A stretch of DNA of 54,162 nt from Octopus bimaculoides (taxonomy: Eukaryota): assembly GCF_001194135.2 (NCBI RefSeq), contig NC_069007.1, positions 21,570,505 through 21,624,666 on the forward strand. The letters are read 5' to 3'. The notes beneath the pieces were generated by a model, which was not told the origin of the DNA, did no database searches, and was given only the letters and a program-made list of their open reading frames with translations. The position numbers were made by a program, and so were the translations under genes. Shown piece after piece: positions 13,901-23,580 of this stretch (position 1 is the first letter of the stretch; each line of letters opens with the position of its first letter).

Positions 13901-16900
13901 ATGTCATCATCGTCTTTTAATGTCCACTTTTCCACACATGCATGGGCTAAACAGAATTTGTTGAAGATCCTCTACAGCTGGATGCCCTTCCTGTCACCAA
14001 CACTTGCCTGTTTCCAAGCAAAGTAATGTTTCCCCAGGCTTATATGATGATGATGATGCTTGTTTACAAGCACTGTGTGATGTCAGTACAAAGGTACACC
14101 CAAACACATACATACACACATCTCTACTCACCAGGCTTTGGTCAGCCACAAATATAATAGACAAAATTCACCCAAGGTGCCACAGAATATGTGTATATAT
14201 ATATATTTATGTATATAGAAATTGCAAGTGCAACAGTCGAGAACTCTGCATACCAGCAAATGTATGGGGTCGTCAGGAGAGAATGCATGCCGCCCGTTCA
14301 GGGCTTCTTTCAGTTTCCATCTAACACATGCTTACAAAGCTTTGGCCCTGAAACCATGTGGTTGGAAAGCAAACATTTTAACCACCCAGTCACACCTGGG
14401 TCTATAGCCATGCCTATTCCTATAAAGATGCTTGCACCTATCAGCCACACCTGAACCATGAAGCCCCCCTCCTCTGCCTATATATAAATAAGAGTAACTT
14501 ACTGAAAGGTGCCTGTACAGATATGAACTGGGGTGTGGTCCATTTTGGCTGCCCACAAGAGCTCCACGTCTTGATAGACCAATAAAGATGCTGCATGAGT
14601 AGCCACAAGATACTTCACTGAGTCTGTGGGGATAAAATAATGCAGCAACAGTTTCACTGACATGGGTCAGGTAGAGGGGTTACAGAAAAAATGGATCCAA
14701 CCGAAAAATGTTAAAAATGTGATGGAATTTATCAGGATGGTTAAGTTGAAAGGTCAAGTCCAAAGATCAAATTCAAAGGTCATGTTTTAACCTTTTTGTT
14801 GCCATATTTCTCTTGAGAAATTTTGTGTTTATTTCAATTAATTTTAAATGTTACAAGGAATTTAATAAAATCACTTATTGAGGTGGTGTTAGCAATGTAA
14901 ATTAAGAGTAAGTTTTGGTGGAAGATTTTAATTCAGAACTCTTGAAAACAAAATGCTTGTACCACAGAGCCAGGGGGCAGTCTCAGGTAGGTTGGTATCG
15001 AGAGGGTTAAACAAAAGTGAGAGTGGCCAATGGCATATATTTGAACAAAATGGACAAATATGGAAAAAGGAAAAAATACATGGAATAATATTTGAAACTT
15101 ACTTGACACATAGGAACAGAAACAGCTTACATCATATTCCAGTTTTTTCATGAAATGCAAACAACCATTCTCAGTCAACAAATATATGTTACGCTCACCT
15201 GAAACGATAAATCAACAGAAATTTGGCTTCATACATCTAGCTTATGGTTGTAAATCCAATTTGGAGTCTAAAGATAAATTAGGAACACATAAAACTAATC
15301 CCTTAAGCCTTTAGCATTCAGATTACTCTGTCAAATATACAACGGGGTAGGGCTGAAAAGATCCTGGGTATCGCGAAAGGTCTGGTTGGAGGCCCAACCT
15401 TCCGAATTCTTTTACAAGGCTTAAAAAAACCGATGGATCACTGCAATAAATGTGTGAACCTGAGAGGGGAAGATGTTGAATAAAATCATAATTAATTAAT
15501 CCTCCTGTATTTTCTTTTATCCAAAGCCAAGAACTTTTCAGCACTACCTTGTAATGATTGCTTAATCATGTTGTTTTGAATTAATTACGGATTATCTGAT
15601 AGCTTTCATATTTTGATAATGTGATTGATTAGTTTTAGAATGACATTTTTATGTCCACTTTTCTGTGCTTGCATGAGTCAGATGGTATTCACTGTGTGTG
15701 AGTGTGTGGGCCTCTGTGTGTGAGAGTGTGGGCCTTCCATACAGAACTTACCAAGAACCAAAATGAAACACAATGTTTCCTGGGCACAGTATGTGATTGT
15801 TGTGATGTCCAATGCATTTTCTTCAATGCCATATACCCAGTGCGGCTGCAAAGATAGGAAAACACATAAAGAACAGAGAACAGATTAAAAAAGAAGCTTG
15901 TGAAACAGGCAGAAATAATGGCACACAACATGGCATTTTTTATTTGGATCCACAAGTGCCAGGTGCTGGTGTCAGGTGACCTTGCTAGAGCTGGCACCAT
16001 GGAAAAATGTATCCAGTCCACTCTGTAAAACGGTTGGCATTAGGAAGGGCATTGAGCTGTGAAAACCAAGCCAAAACAGACAGTGAAGCTTGGTGCAGTC
16101 CTTCGGCTTGACAGCTGCTGTCAAACCATCCAACCCATGCCAGCATGGAAAAACAGATGTATGATGATGTCTTGCTGAGGAACACAATGTGCCACCGGGA
16201 ATGGAACCTTGTGACCATCTGCTGAACTGCTAAGTTATGGGAATGCAAACACACCAACACCGGTTGTCAAGCGGACAAACACAAACACAAATATATACAT
16301 GACGAGCTTCTTTCAGTTTCCATCTACCAAATCCATACAAGGATTTGGTCAGCCGAAATATAGTAGAAGACACTTGTCCAAGGTGCCACGCAGTGGGACT
16401 GAACCCAGAACCAAGCAGTTAGGAAGCAAGCTTCTTACCACACAGCCACACCTGCACCAGGTGAGTAATATATTGGAAAGGTATGTCCTGGGCATACCAT
16501 TATGACTGTTAACATCAGTAATAGATAGGTTTCTGCCATACAGTCATTACAAATATTACAGTTCTTCTCTCTTCACTACCATACTATTGATTGGGATTCT
16601 ATATTCCATGCAAACCACAACATTTGAAACAAGAACAATAACTTCAAAAGCCAACCAACCGTTACACGCTTGCCCTGTTTTATATTCTGTGATTCTTCTT
16701 TGGTTTTAGAATCCGTTGCCACTGCAAGAACTTGGTATCTGTGGGAATAGAAAAACCTGCACATGAAATAACTGAACTGAATTGAAGCAACGGAGCAGAT
16801 CAGGGGCCGGTCTACTGAGGAACATGGATTCAGGTATGAGACGTTTTGGCACAGCTGTTTTGGTGCCGCCCGTCCGGCACTGATGATTTCATGCTGACTT

Positions 16901-17794
16901 GTTTGACATCAGACATTTTAATGTTTTTCTTACTCTCTCTCTATCTATCTCACACTCTCTTTCTTTCTCTCTCTCTCTCCCTGTTTATTTGTGTGAGTAG
17001 AAACAAAGTACTTTTGTCAATCATGCTCAATTAATTTATTGCAATGTCTCTTATTCTTCCTCTCTATCGCTCTCTCTCTCTCTCTCTCACTCAATCTGTA
17101 TGTGTGTACTTCTGCGCAGGCATACATGCATGTGTGTGTCTCCAATCACATGCACACAATGACTAGCTGACAAAGTAACAATGGGTGCAAAAGAAGCAAC
17201 AACAATAGTAGTAGTAGTAGTAGTGGTTGTGGTGGTTGTGGTGGTGGTATGTAGGTAACTAACTCACTTGTAGCATTCGACCAAACGACTCGAAGACACG
17301 GTGACCAGCGAGTCGGTGCTGGGGACGTACTTCATGGGGCCCGGAATGAAGGCTGCCGGAAGGAAGCGAGTGAATGCATAGCTCTCCTGTTCAAACACAG
17401 ACACTGTACCATCGAGGGACTGGACGCAGATGAAGTCTTTACCTAGAGAGACAGACAGACAGACAGAGACGCGTAAGCCAGGAATGGTAAAACACAGTCG
17501 GGGATCGAGCAAGTAATTTTAATTATCACCAAGAACATCGTCAATGCCATTATTATGATAACGACCACTTTTATCATCATCATCAACATTGTCGTCATCA
17601 TCATAATCATTCTTATCATCATCATCATCATCATGACAAACACCACTCTTACCATCCACATCATCATCATCATCTCCAGCATGACAACCTCCATTTTTAC
17701 AATCATCATCATCATCATCATCATCTCCAGCATGACAACCTCCATTTTTACAATCATTATCATCATCAACAACATTATATTCAATAACGTTTTA

Positions 17795-17869
<75 letters not shown>

Positions 17870-20433
17870 GGTGGTTGTCTACTCCTTACACAGAGTTTGA
17901 CCACCTCCTGCACCTACACCTTAGCCCTTTCATGGCATCTGATGTGGCTTTTTAAACCAGACAATGTTTTGAAAAAACACCCACACAGATTGCACCTCTG
18001 ATTTGTACTACCAATACCTGCAGGTAAGTTCTGCTCATATATATATATATACACACACACACACATATATATGACAGGCTTCTGAATAGTTTCTTTCTAC
18101 TCAGCATTGGTCAACTTGAGGGCTATAGCAGAAGACACTTGCCCAAGGTACCACACAACAGGACTGAACTGAAAACCCTGTCATTGCAAGGCAAAGTTCT
18201 TAACCACACAACCATGCCTGTACCTAGAGAAATTTGAAGACTATCTTACCATAGACATTTCCAAACGGTCCGTAGCAGAAGTTGTAGACAGATCGCTGCA
18301 GGTTGTGTTCATACATGTGATAAAGCTGATAATGGCTACCTTGTTCCACATGACCGGTCACAGCTGAAATATAGAGTTTGATACAGTTCAGTTGTAATCA
18401 TCGTCATTTTAACATCCATTGTATGGATCAGACAGAATTTATTGAGACTACAGTCCAAGGTGCCACGCAGTGGGACTGAATCCAGAACCATGTGGCTGGG
18501 AAGCAAACTTCTTACCACATAGCCCCCACCTGTCTCGACAAAAAAGCAGGATGGTCAAGACCCAGGGTTGAATAACAACAACTGCTGTCACATTATACAG
18601 AAAGTACCGACTGAACAACCAAAATAAAGTTGCTGCTACCAACCTGTGACGCCATAAACACTTAATTTCTGTGGGTGGAGAATAGCCAGGTATAATTTGT
18701 CGGTGCCGCTGGAAGTAGAGAGATAGAATAAAGACAAATCATTTTTAGTCCCCAAAATACATCAAAGAAATTGACAAATCATCAGAGACACACTCACACA
18801 CACACACATATATGAGAGGTTTTGGTATCCAGAGGACTCAAAAGGTAGGTGAGTCTATGTAATTGTGTTATGGAAGGACCACTGTTAGACTCCCGGTTCA
18901 ATAATAGTATGAGTGAGGAGTCTAACACGGGTCGTGTGTGAGCATGTATGTGTTAAATAAAATGAGAGAAAAAAGCCAATTTTATAAAGAGAAAGGTAGT
19001 CTTACAGTTGTTTCAGGGATATGAAGGATATCCCTTCATCAGAGACGATATGAGAGAATTAAACAGAGGGAAATAGTAGAGTTCAATATAAGAAGTTATT
19101 TTGGAGAGAGAGAGAGAGATACAGGAAGTATAAAGGGAAACATGAGAGAATAGAAATAAAGACATATGTAGCATGTTACAGTTTCAGTTCCATTATCCAA
19201 GGAATGTGCTGTGTAGAGGCTTCAATCCCCAGCATTTAACTGGTACTTATTTTATCAACTCCAAAACGATAAAAGGAAAGGTCAACCTCAGTGGGATTTG
19301 AACTCATAATGTAAGGACAGACAAAAATGATGCCAAGCATTTTTCCCAGCATGCTAACCACTGTGCCAGCTCACCACCTTAATAAATATATTAATATCGG
19401 TTTCCAATTTTGGCACAAGGCCAGCAATTTCAGGGAAGGGGTTCTGTCAATTACATTGACCCCAGCATTCGACTGGTGCTTATTTTATTGAAACCCCCAC
19501 CCCCCACCCAAGGATGAAAGGTAAAGTCAACCTCGGCAGAAAGGATGGACAAAATGCTACTAAGCATTTTGCCCAGATTCTTCCAACTCACCATCTTAGT
19601 CAGGTCACAAATGTTAAACAAGTTTTGCTACTCACGACACAAATTGGCCGGCAGAAATCTGTAGAATGGGAAGCTGAAATGGTGTCTCGAGGAGAAGGTG
19701 CTGTGGACTGAAACCACTCCATCCATGATCGGTTTTGGTAGGTTGTGGGTTGTAGATCCGGAGCATTCCTTGGAAACTCCCAGTAATGATTTGATCTGTA
19801 ATAAAAGAGGAATGGATGGAGAAGGAAATAGCTGCCTCTCAAACCCTTGTCAGTGGATTTGGTAGATGGAAACTGAAAGAAGCCTGTCATACACAGTTGT
19901 ATACTGTTAACTTAATGTGACAGTCCCATTAAGGGAATCATACTGCTGCTATTTAGCCCTAGGAAGCTGGACTGCTTCCTGTTGGCCTTGACACATTTCC
20001 TGCATCCTTATGTTTGTGAAGGGGAGACAAGCCTCCCCGCCCAGCCTAGTCTGCATTCAGGGACATGTTTCTGAGTCATTGCTCGTCATCAGCCTGAGGT
20101 AGCAAAACCAGCTGGCTGAAGAAGCATGTCTACCAAATCCACTCAAAATGTTTTGGTCAGCCCTAGGGTTCTGGTAGAAGTCACTTGCCCAAGGTGCTAT
20201 GCAATGAGACTGAACCTGAAACCACATGGTTAGGAAGCTGGCTTCTTAACCACACAGCTACATATATGTCTACGAAAATATATATATATATATATCCATT
20301 TAAAGAGTAAATTCTGTAACTCACCTTGTTGTTCGCCATTGATGATGTTAGCTACACAGAGACATCCCTGGTCAAATTCCTCCTCCACACCAACTTTGGT
20401 TGACCACCAGTCACGCACTTTAAAGAGCGACAT
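4501..20433 (-). CDS. BBS9: Bardet-Biedl syndrome 9 / PTHB1 (BBSome subunit); 21 coding exons, 2598 nt, 865 aa
   Basis: Spliced model: complement(join(4501..4616,5469..5658,6065..6253,6872..7024,7600..7772,8462..8554,9185..9325,9948..10055,11643..11745,12093..12149,12573..12652,13548..13729,14503..14623,15103..15198,15752..15845,16660..16738,17268..17442,18250..18363,18644..18708,19636..19795,20325..20433)). All introns are GT-AG and phase-compatible. Recognisable PTHB1 motifs: MSLFKVRDWWST, EEFDQGCLC, QFRAIQRRLL, GWEENVDAAI. Confidence 0.96.
4660..4915. repeat. Degenerate ~22-24 nt minisatellite (gagtgagagtgggacattgagtat-like)
   Basis: Recurring gagtg..gacattgagtat units. Confidence 0.7.
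5469..5658 (-). CDS. BBS9: BBS9 coding exon 20
   Basis: GWEENVDAAITHMLRTVLAKNTKDTTINPPPFSLPSDSSKVCKHITTFCEKLGKGIKLVPTAP; tcacag / gttagt. Confidence 0.95.
6065..6253 (-). CDS. BBS9: BBS9 coding exon 19
   Basis: ILLLSEMIEGNQRELELASDHLSSGTSLLNLLIRLWYPGHMTDQEFAVLNTVLSPIINNNNHQ; ctgcag / gtatgt. Confidence 0.94.
6872..7024 (-). CDS. BBS9: BBS9 coding exon 18
   Basis: HRQEVERCKEELATKAAQFRAIQRRLLIKYKDKSPLHLVGLDILLEETYHQ; ttgcag / gtgagc. Confidence 0.97.
7600..7772 (-). CDS. BBS9: BBS9 coding exon 17
   Basis: DRYRIQCDRFEAMYILCEELVRRLRKNFEHERHSDFKLGFSSSLPLPEYFELINTHLE; ttgcag / gtttgg. Confidence 0.96.
8462..8554 (-). CDS. BBS9: BBS9 coding exon 16
   Basis: DLTDPSGSGSNSVVGCEYLNGTIVTILASKS; tgttag / gtatgt. 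Confidence 0.92.
9185..9325 (-). CDS. BBS9: BBS9 coding exon 15
   Basis: GSSRRVVTDLRLPLRLVVKPAVPMKNANYKITIDSNKASLNLNKIFP; tttcag / gttttt. Confidence 0.94.
9948..10055 (-). CDS. BBS9: BBS9 coding exon 14
   Basis: EPNRPHETIMCVYPSSLDMPTSLAVQVCTSYLRPSS; ccacag / gtaagc. Confidence 0.9.
10709..10925 (-). mobile_element. Tc1/mariner-superfamily transposase C-terminal remnant
   Basis: DFF..WGYLKKWVYINKLKTLLLLKDNINREI...ENGRHLSDVIFHM*, typical of DFFLWGYLK...GGHLEDVIF transposase ends. Confidence 0.75.
11397..11621 (-). mobile_element. Mariner-derived MITE, full copy with TIRs and TA TSD
   Basis: TA|tgagggggtgctgaaaag ... tttttcagcaccccctca|TA. The family's internal part reads like a mariner C-terminus ([20 protein letters not shown], clearest in the 48612 copy). 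A 5'-truncated tandem copy lies at ~11150-11333. Confidence 0.85.
11643..11745 (-). CDS. BBS9: BBS9 coding exon 13
   Basis: IVFKSKTVLENVNCQICLGNHITAEKPEFHLNKL; ttgtag / gtaagt. Confidence 0.88.
12093..12149 (-). CDS. BBS9: BBS9 coding exon 12
   Basis: IGNYSEYETEHEVSCVSLK; ttacag / gtaatt; phase 0-0. Confidence 0.83.
12255..12530 (+). mobile_element. SINE family B, (CAT)n-ended
   Basis: catcatcgtttaacgtccgctttccatgctggcatgggttggacg..ctggatgcccttcctaacgccaaccac. Other copies at ~5828-5985, 12700, 13900, 16010, 20960, 37475-37678, 39520, 41060, 43330, 45000, 46260-46560, 48940. Confidence 0.85.
12573..12652 (-). CDS. BBS9: BBS9 coding exon 11
   Basis: DVLIPHPKESEELTVNADLLPELQTRI; ctctag / gtaagt; the phase bridges exons 10 and 12. 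Confidence 0.87.
12833..13230 (+). mobile_element. RTE-clade LINE reverse-transcriptase C-terminal fragment
   Basis: EVVDNFYYLGDQISSGGGC...KFRELLPLL...KGRLYEAC...LHGSETWA...MLCWMCNV, the RTE/BovB-like region after the RT core (F/YxYLG, GSETW). Confidence 0.88.
13548..13729 (-). CDS. BBS9: BBS9 coding exon 10
   Basis: GIKGLVVSLTENGYLQVSYLGSDPDLFTPPMVDSRDVRYDDIDKEITSLNKKIRQLSHKA; ccgtag / gtaaga. Confidence 0.96.
14503..14623 (-). CDS. BBS9: BBS9 coding exon 9
   Basis: SVKYLVATHAASLLVYQDVELLWAAKMDHTPVHICTGTF; ccacag / gtaagt. Confidence 0.94.
15103..15198 (-). CDS. BBS9: BBS9 coding exon 8
   Basis: GERNIYLLTENGCLHFMKKLEYDVSCFCSYVS; tttcag / gtaagt. Confidence 0.94.
15340..15551 (+). mobile_element. 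Same mariner MITE family, nested in a piggyBac-type MITE
   Basis: Degenerate TIRs (gggctgaaaagatcctgg / ccaagaacttttcagc) and the same internal core. Other copies at ~24050-24203 and ~48612-48833. Confidence 0.75.
15752..15845 (-). CDS. BBS9: BBS9 coding exon 7
   Basis: PHWVYGIEENALDITTITYCAQETLCFILVL; ttgcag / gtaagt. Confidence 0.92.
16660..16738 (-). CDS. BBS9: BBS9 coding exon 6
   Basis: YQVLAVATDSKTKEESQNIKQGKRVT; ccacag / gttggt. Confidence 0.93.
17268..17442 (-). CDS. BBS9: BBS9 coding exon 5
   Basis: GKDFICVQSLDGTVSVFEQESYAFTRFLPAAFIPGPMKYVPSTDSLVTVSSSRLVECYK; ctctag / gtgagt. Confidence 0.97.
18250..18363 (-). CDS. BBS9: BBS9 coding exon 4
   Basis: VTGHVEQGSHYQLYHMYEHNLQRSVYNFCYGPFGNVY; tttcag / gtaaga. 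Confidence 0.95.
18644..18708 (-). CDS. BBS9: BBS9 coding exon 3
   Basis: GTDKLYLAILHPQKLSVYGVT; 65 nt; ttccag / gttggt. Confidence 0.93.
19636..19795 (-). CDS. BBS9: BBS9 coding exon 2
   Basis: DQIITGSFQGMLRIYNPQPTKTDHGWSGFSPQHLLLETPFQLPILQISAGQFVS; ttacag / gtgagt. Confidence 0.95.
20325..20433 (-). CDS. BBS9: BBS9 coding exon 1
   Basis: MSLFKVRDWWSTKVGVEEEFDQGCLCVANIINGEQQ; donor G|GTGAG. An acceptor at 20449-20450 means the exon starts at 20448 with 15 nt of UTR. Confidence 0.97.
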
Positions 20434-20498
20434 TGCTCTTTGAACAATCTGACAAATGAGAAATAACAGACACTAAAACCATTAATGGTATTTCTGTA

Positions 20499-20535
<37 letters not shown>

Positions 20536-20807
20536 TTCTTTAAGCTTAAAGCTTATAAAGCGATCACTGTGTATTTCCCTGGGAGAAAAAAGGAGGTTTT
20601 TCTGTATGCACTTTCCCTGTCAAGGGCTTATAGGTCCTGCCCAAATAAACGAGAGCATGCTCGCTCTTAAGACACTTTTTGACCATAGATCCACTGGCTC
20701 AAACCTTCACTTGGATCGATATAAACAGTAACAATACATATATATATATATATATATTTGTGTGTGTGTGTGTATGTGAATGTTTATAGATACATAAATG
20801 TGTGTAT

Positions 20808-20840
<33 letters not shown>

Positions 20841-21095
20841 CACACGTATGTATGTGTATATATATATATATAATATATATAATATAATATTTTAATTATT
20901 AATTTTTCTATATGTGATAGTGGATTTTCATCGATGAGTTCTTGAAACTAGTCCTCAGTCAAATCGTCCAACCCATGCTAGCATGGAAAGCGGACGTTAA
21001 ATGATGATGATGATGATGATGTATACACACACACGTATTATGTACATGTGTAGATAGGTAGATAGATAGAGAGATCGATCGACCGATAGACAGAC

Positions 21096-21164
<69 letters not shown>

Positions 21165-21333
21165 TACTTATACATATAAATATATACGTATGTATATATA
21201 TAATATTTATATATACACATACGTATACATATATATGTCCTTTTTAAGCCAATATATATACGTGTATATATATATATGCATGTGTATAAGTGTATGTGTA
21301 TTTATATCTTATACCCGTTTCATGGAAACCTAC

Positions 21334-21400
21334 CTAGAACATTGTAGCAGGTGCGAATAAGGTAAATCAAATCTTTCAGCTCACGGAGCCATACTGGACG
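21334..21400 (-). other. BBS9: Putative non-coding first exon of BBS9
   Basis: The coding exon has an acceptor just before its ATG, so an upstream exon must exist. A donor-like TAG|GTAGGT lies at 21333, just downstream of an X-box/ETS cluster. The 5' boundary is approximate. Confidence 0.45.
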
Positions 21401-21406
21401 CCACTC

Positions 21407-21420
21407 GTTGTCATAGTTAT
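21407..21420 (-). promoter_or_regulatory. RFX X-box (ciliary gene motif)
   Basis: Minus strand reads ATAACT AT GACAAC, matching the relaxed consensus RTHNYY-WT-RRNRAC. It sits in unique CpG-containing DNA upstream of a BBS gene. Confidence 0.6.
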
Positions 21421-21447
21421 AAGAGCATTTCCGCTATTTTAGTTTCA

Positions 21448-21455
21448 ACTTCCGC
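21448..21455 (-). promoter_or_regulatory. ETS/GABP-type motif GCGGAAGT in the BBS9 promoter
   Basis: acttccgc on the plus strand, flanked by two more TTCCG cores (~21429, ~21462). Confidence 0.4.
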
Positions 21456-22699
21456 TTTTTGTTCCGCAGAAAATTCAAACTTATGAAACACGAATGTTTA
21501 AAAGAAGCAATAAGCTTACAAATGAAGGAAAAATAATTATTATGCATTATTTGGAAGAGAATATTAGTATTACCAAATTTAGTGTCTCTTAGATTATTTT
21601 ACGCGTTTGCCTTAATTATATTATAAATTAATATCTTTCTCAAAATAGTTTTTAAAATATTATGCATTTCATTGAAATAAACTTTATAAATTTCCCGTTT
21701 TATGAGAAATAAAATTAGTTAACTTTCATGTAATGCCAATTCTGTATCTTGTATCACACTTGATTTTATGAACTCCAGAAATGCAAACGAGAAAAAAAAA
21801 AAAGATTCGTTATTTTAAATAGGTTCCACATTTTAAACATTATTGTGAGAAATAAATGAAAGAGAAAAAATTTATTCGTATTAAAATTTTGTCAGTTTTG
21901 GGTGTTAAAGCAAACTGCAGCAAGGCATCTCAGAAGTGTAACGAGGCAAATAATCTGGGTGGCAGATGGTGATGGTGGGGGTGTTATTGTTTTATCTTTT
22001 ACTTATTTCGCTCATTGGACTGCGGCCGCACCGGGGCATCACCTTCAGGGGTTAATCGACCTGGATTAATCGACCATAGTCATTAATATAATTTTAAAGC
22101 CTGATACGTATTCTATCAGTCTCTTTAACCGAGCTGCTAAGTTACGGGGACGTAAACAAACCAACACCACTTGTCAAGCGAGCGGGGACGAATACACACA
22201 CACACATATATATGTAGGCGTGGCTGTGTGGTAAGAAGCTTGCTTCCCAACCACATGTTTGGTACTTTTATTGTATTGAGCCCCAAAAGGATGAAAGGCA
22301 AAGTCAGCAACCTTTGTGGAATTTGAACTCAGAACTTAAAGACGAAATGTTGTTAATCGTTTTGCTCAGCATGCTAACGATTCTTTTCTGCAATAGGCAC
22401 AAGGCCTGAAATTTAGGGGAGGGGGATAGTCGATTTCATAGACTCCAGTACGCAACTGGTACTTAATTTATTGACCCTGAAAGGATGAAAGGCAAAGTTG
22501 ACCTTGGCAGAATTTGAACTCAGAATGTTGCGACGGACAAAATACCTCTAAGCATTTCGACCAGCACGCTAACAATTCAGCCAGCTCGCTGCCTTAATGG
22601 TAATCCTTTCTACTAAAGGGACAAGGCCTGGAATTTTGCAGAAGGGGACTAGTTGATTACATGGGAGGGGGGGATGCCCATTTATATCGATATGGCCAG

Positions 22700-23030
22700 T
22701 TTTCTGTTTGTTTTAGAAGCAAGAAGATGGACTTTCCTGTCGTAGACGACACATGAGGGGTCTACGATTTCTTGCTGAACAACCTGCGAAATGGTTTGTT
22801 TGTATTGTTCAAATGTTTGTATCGCACTTCAGTTCGTTCGCTCCGTCAAATCGACATTGCATGGAACGATTGACGGCGTGCCACGTCAGATGTCAAAGTG
22901 ATCGCTGAGTAACGAACACGAAATGAAGTGCTTTGCTCCAGAAAAATGATGTACCGCCGGTCTGGGAATCGAAACTGCGTTCTAGCCATCGTGAGTGCAA
23001 CACCCTAACCACTAGCCTATGCACCCTCAC
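22700..23030 (-). mobile_element. tRNA-derived CORE-type SINE
   Basis: Head GGGTGCATAGGCTAGTGGTTAGGGTGTTGCAC..GTTTCGATTCC with A and B boxes, then a CORE-like gagcaaagcacttcatttc and a tail. A related copy is at ~43968-44165 (+). Confidence 0.7.
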
Positions 23031-23479
23031 CAGAAACAAGGTACAACATATATTCCGTACCAAGCGGCAAATATAAAACTGAAGCGCTAAGTACGTTTCG
23101 CCATTTCCGATTCGGCTTTTCGTTTCACCGCTCAATTTTCTCGACGTGTAAGTCAAATAAGAAACTTGCCCAGGTACACGGACGGGTAGATATTGAACAC
23201 GTATACGTGCATGGAAAGGGTGTGTACCTCACGTGTTTATAAAACCGTAAATTATAATGAGGCAATTAGTAAAGGTTTTTGTTGCATGAACTGAAATCTC
23301 GAAAGTTCGAGATTACACGCCAGCTTAAATGAAATATTTTAAAAATAACATTTTTTTCGGAAATTAACAAGGGAAGATAAATCTTGCAAGTACAGAACCG
23401 AATTAAATATCCGGCAAGTTTCAGAGACAGCATATATATGCTGTATTTATTTTTAGACACTATATTTCAACAATTCCCT

Positions 23480-23580
23480 CAGCAAACGCGCGCGCAACGG
23501 AAATTGCGAGTACGAAACTGAGGCTTTGAAAACTCGTTACTGTCAGTATAATTAATTGTTTAGGAACATGGCGACAATAT
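23480..23580 (+). promoter_or_regulatory. Orphan promoter-like block (CGCGCGCGC, CGGAAAT, YY1-like AACATGGCG)
   Basis: CpG-rich unique sequence. CGCGCGCGC 23487-23495, CGGAAAT 23498-23504, AACATGGCG 23565-23573. No gene assigned. Confidence 0.35.

Noticed and set aside
22950-23030. tRNA gene (minus strand, A and B boxes)
   Set aside because: It continues into a CORE-like SINE body, and I see no proper acceptor stem or poly-T terminator. It is a SINE head.
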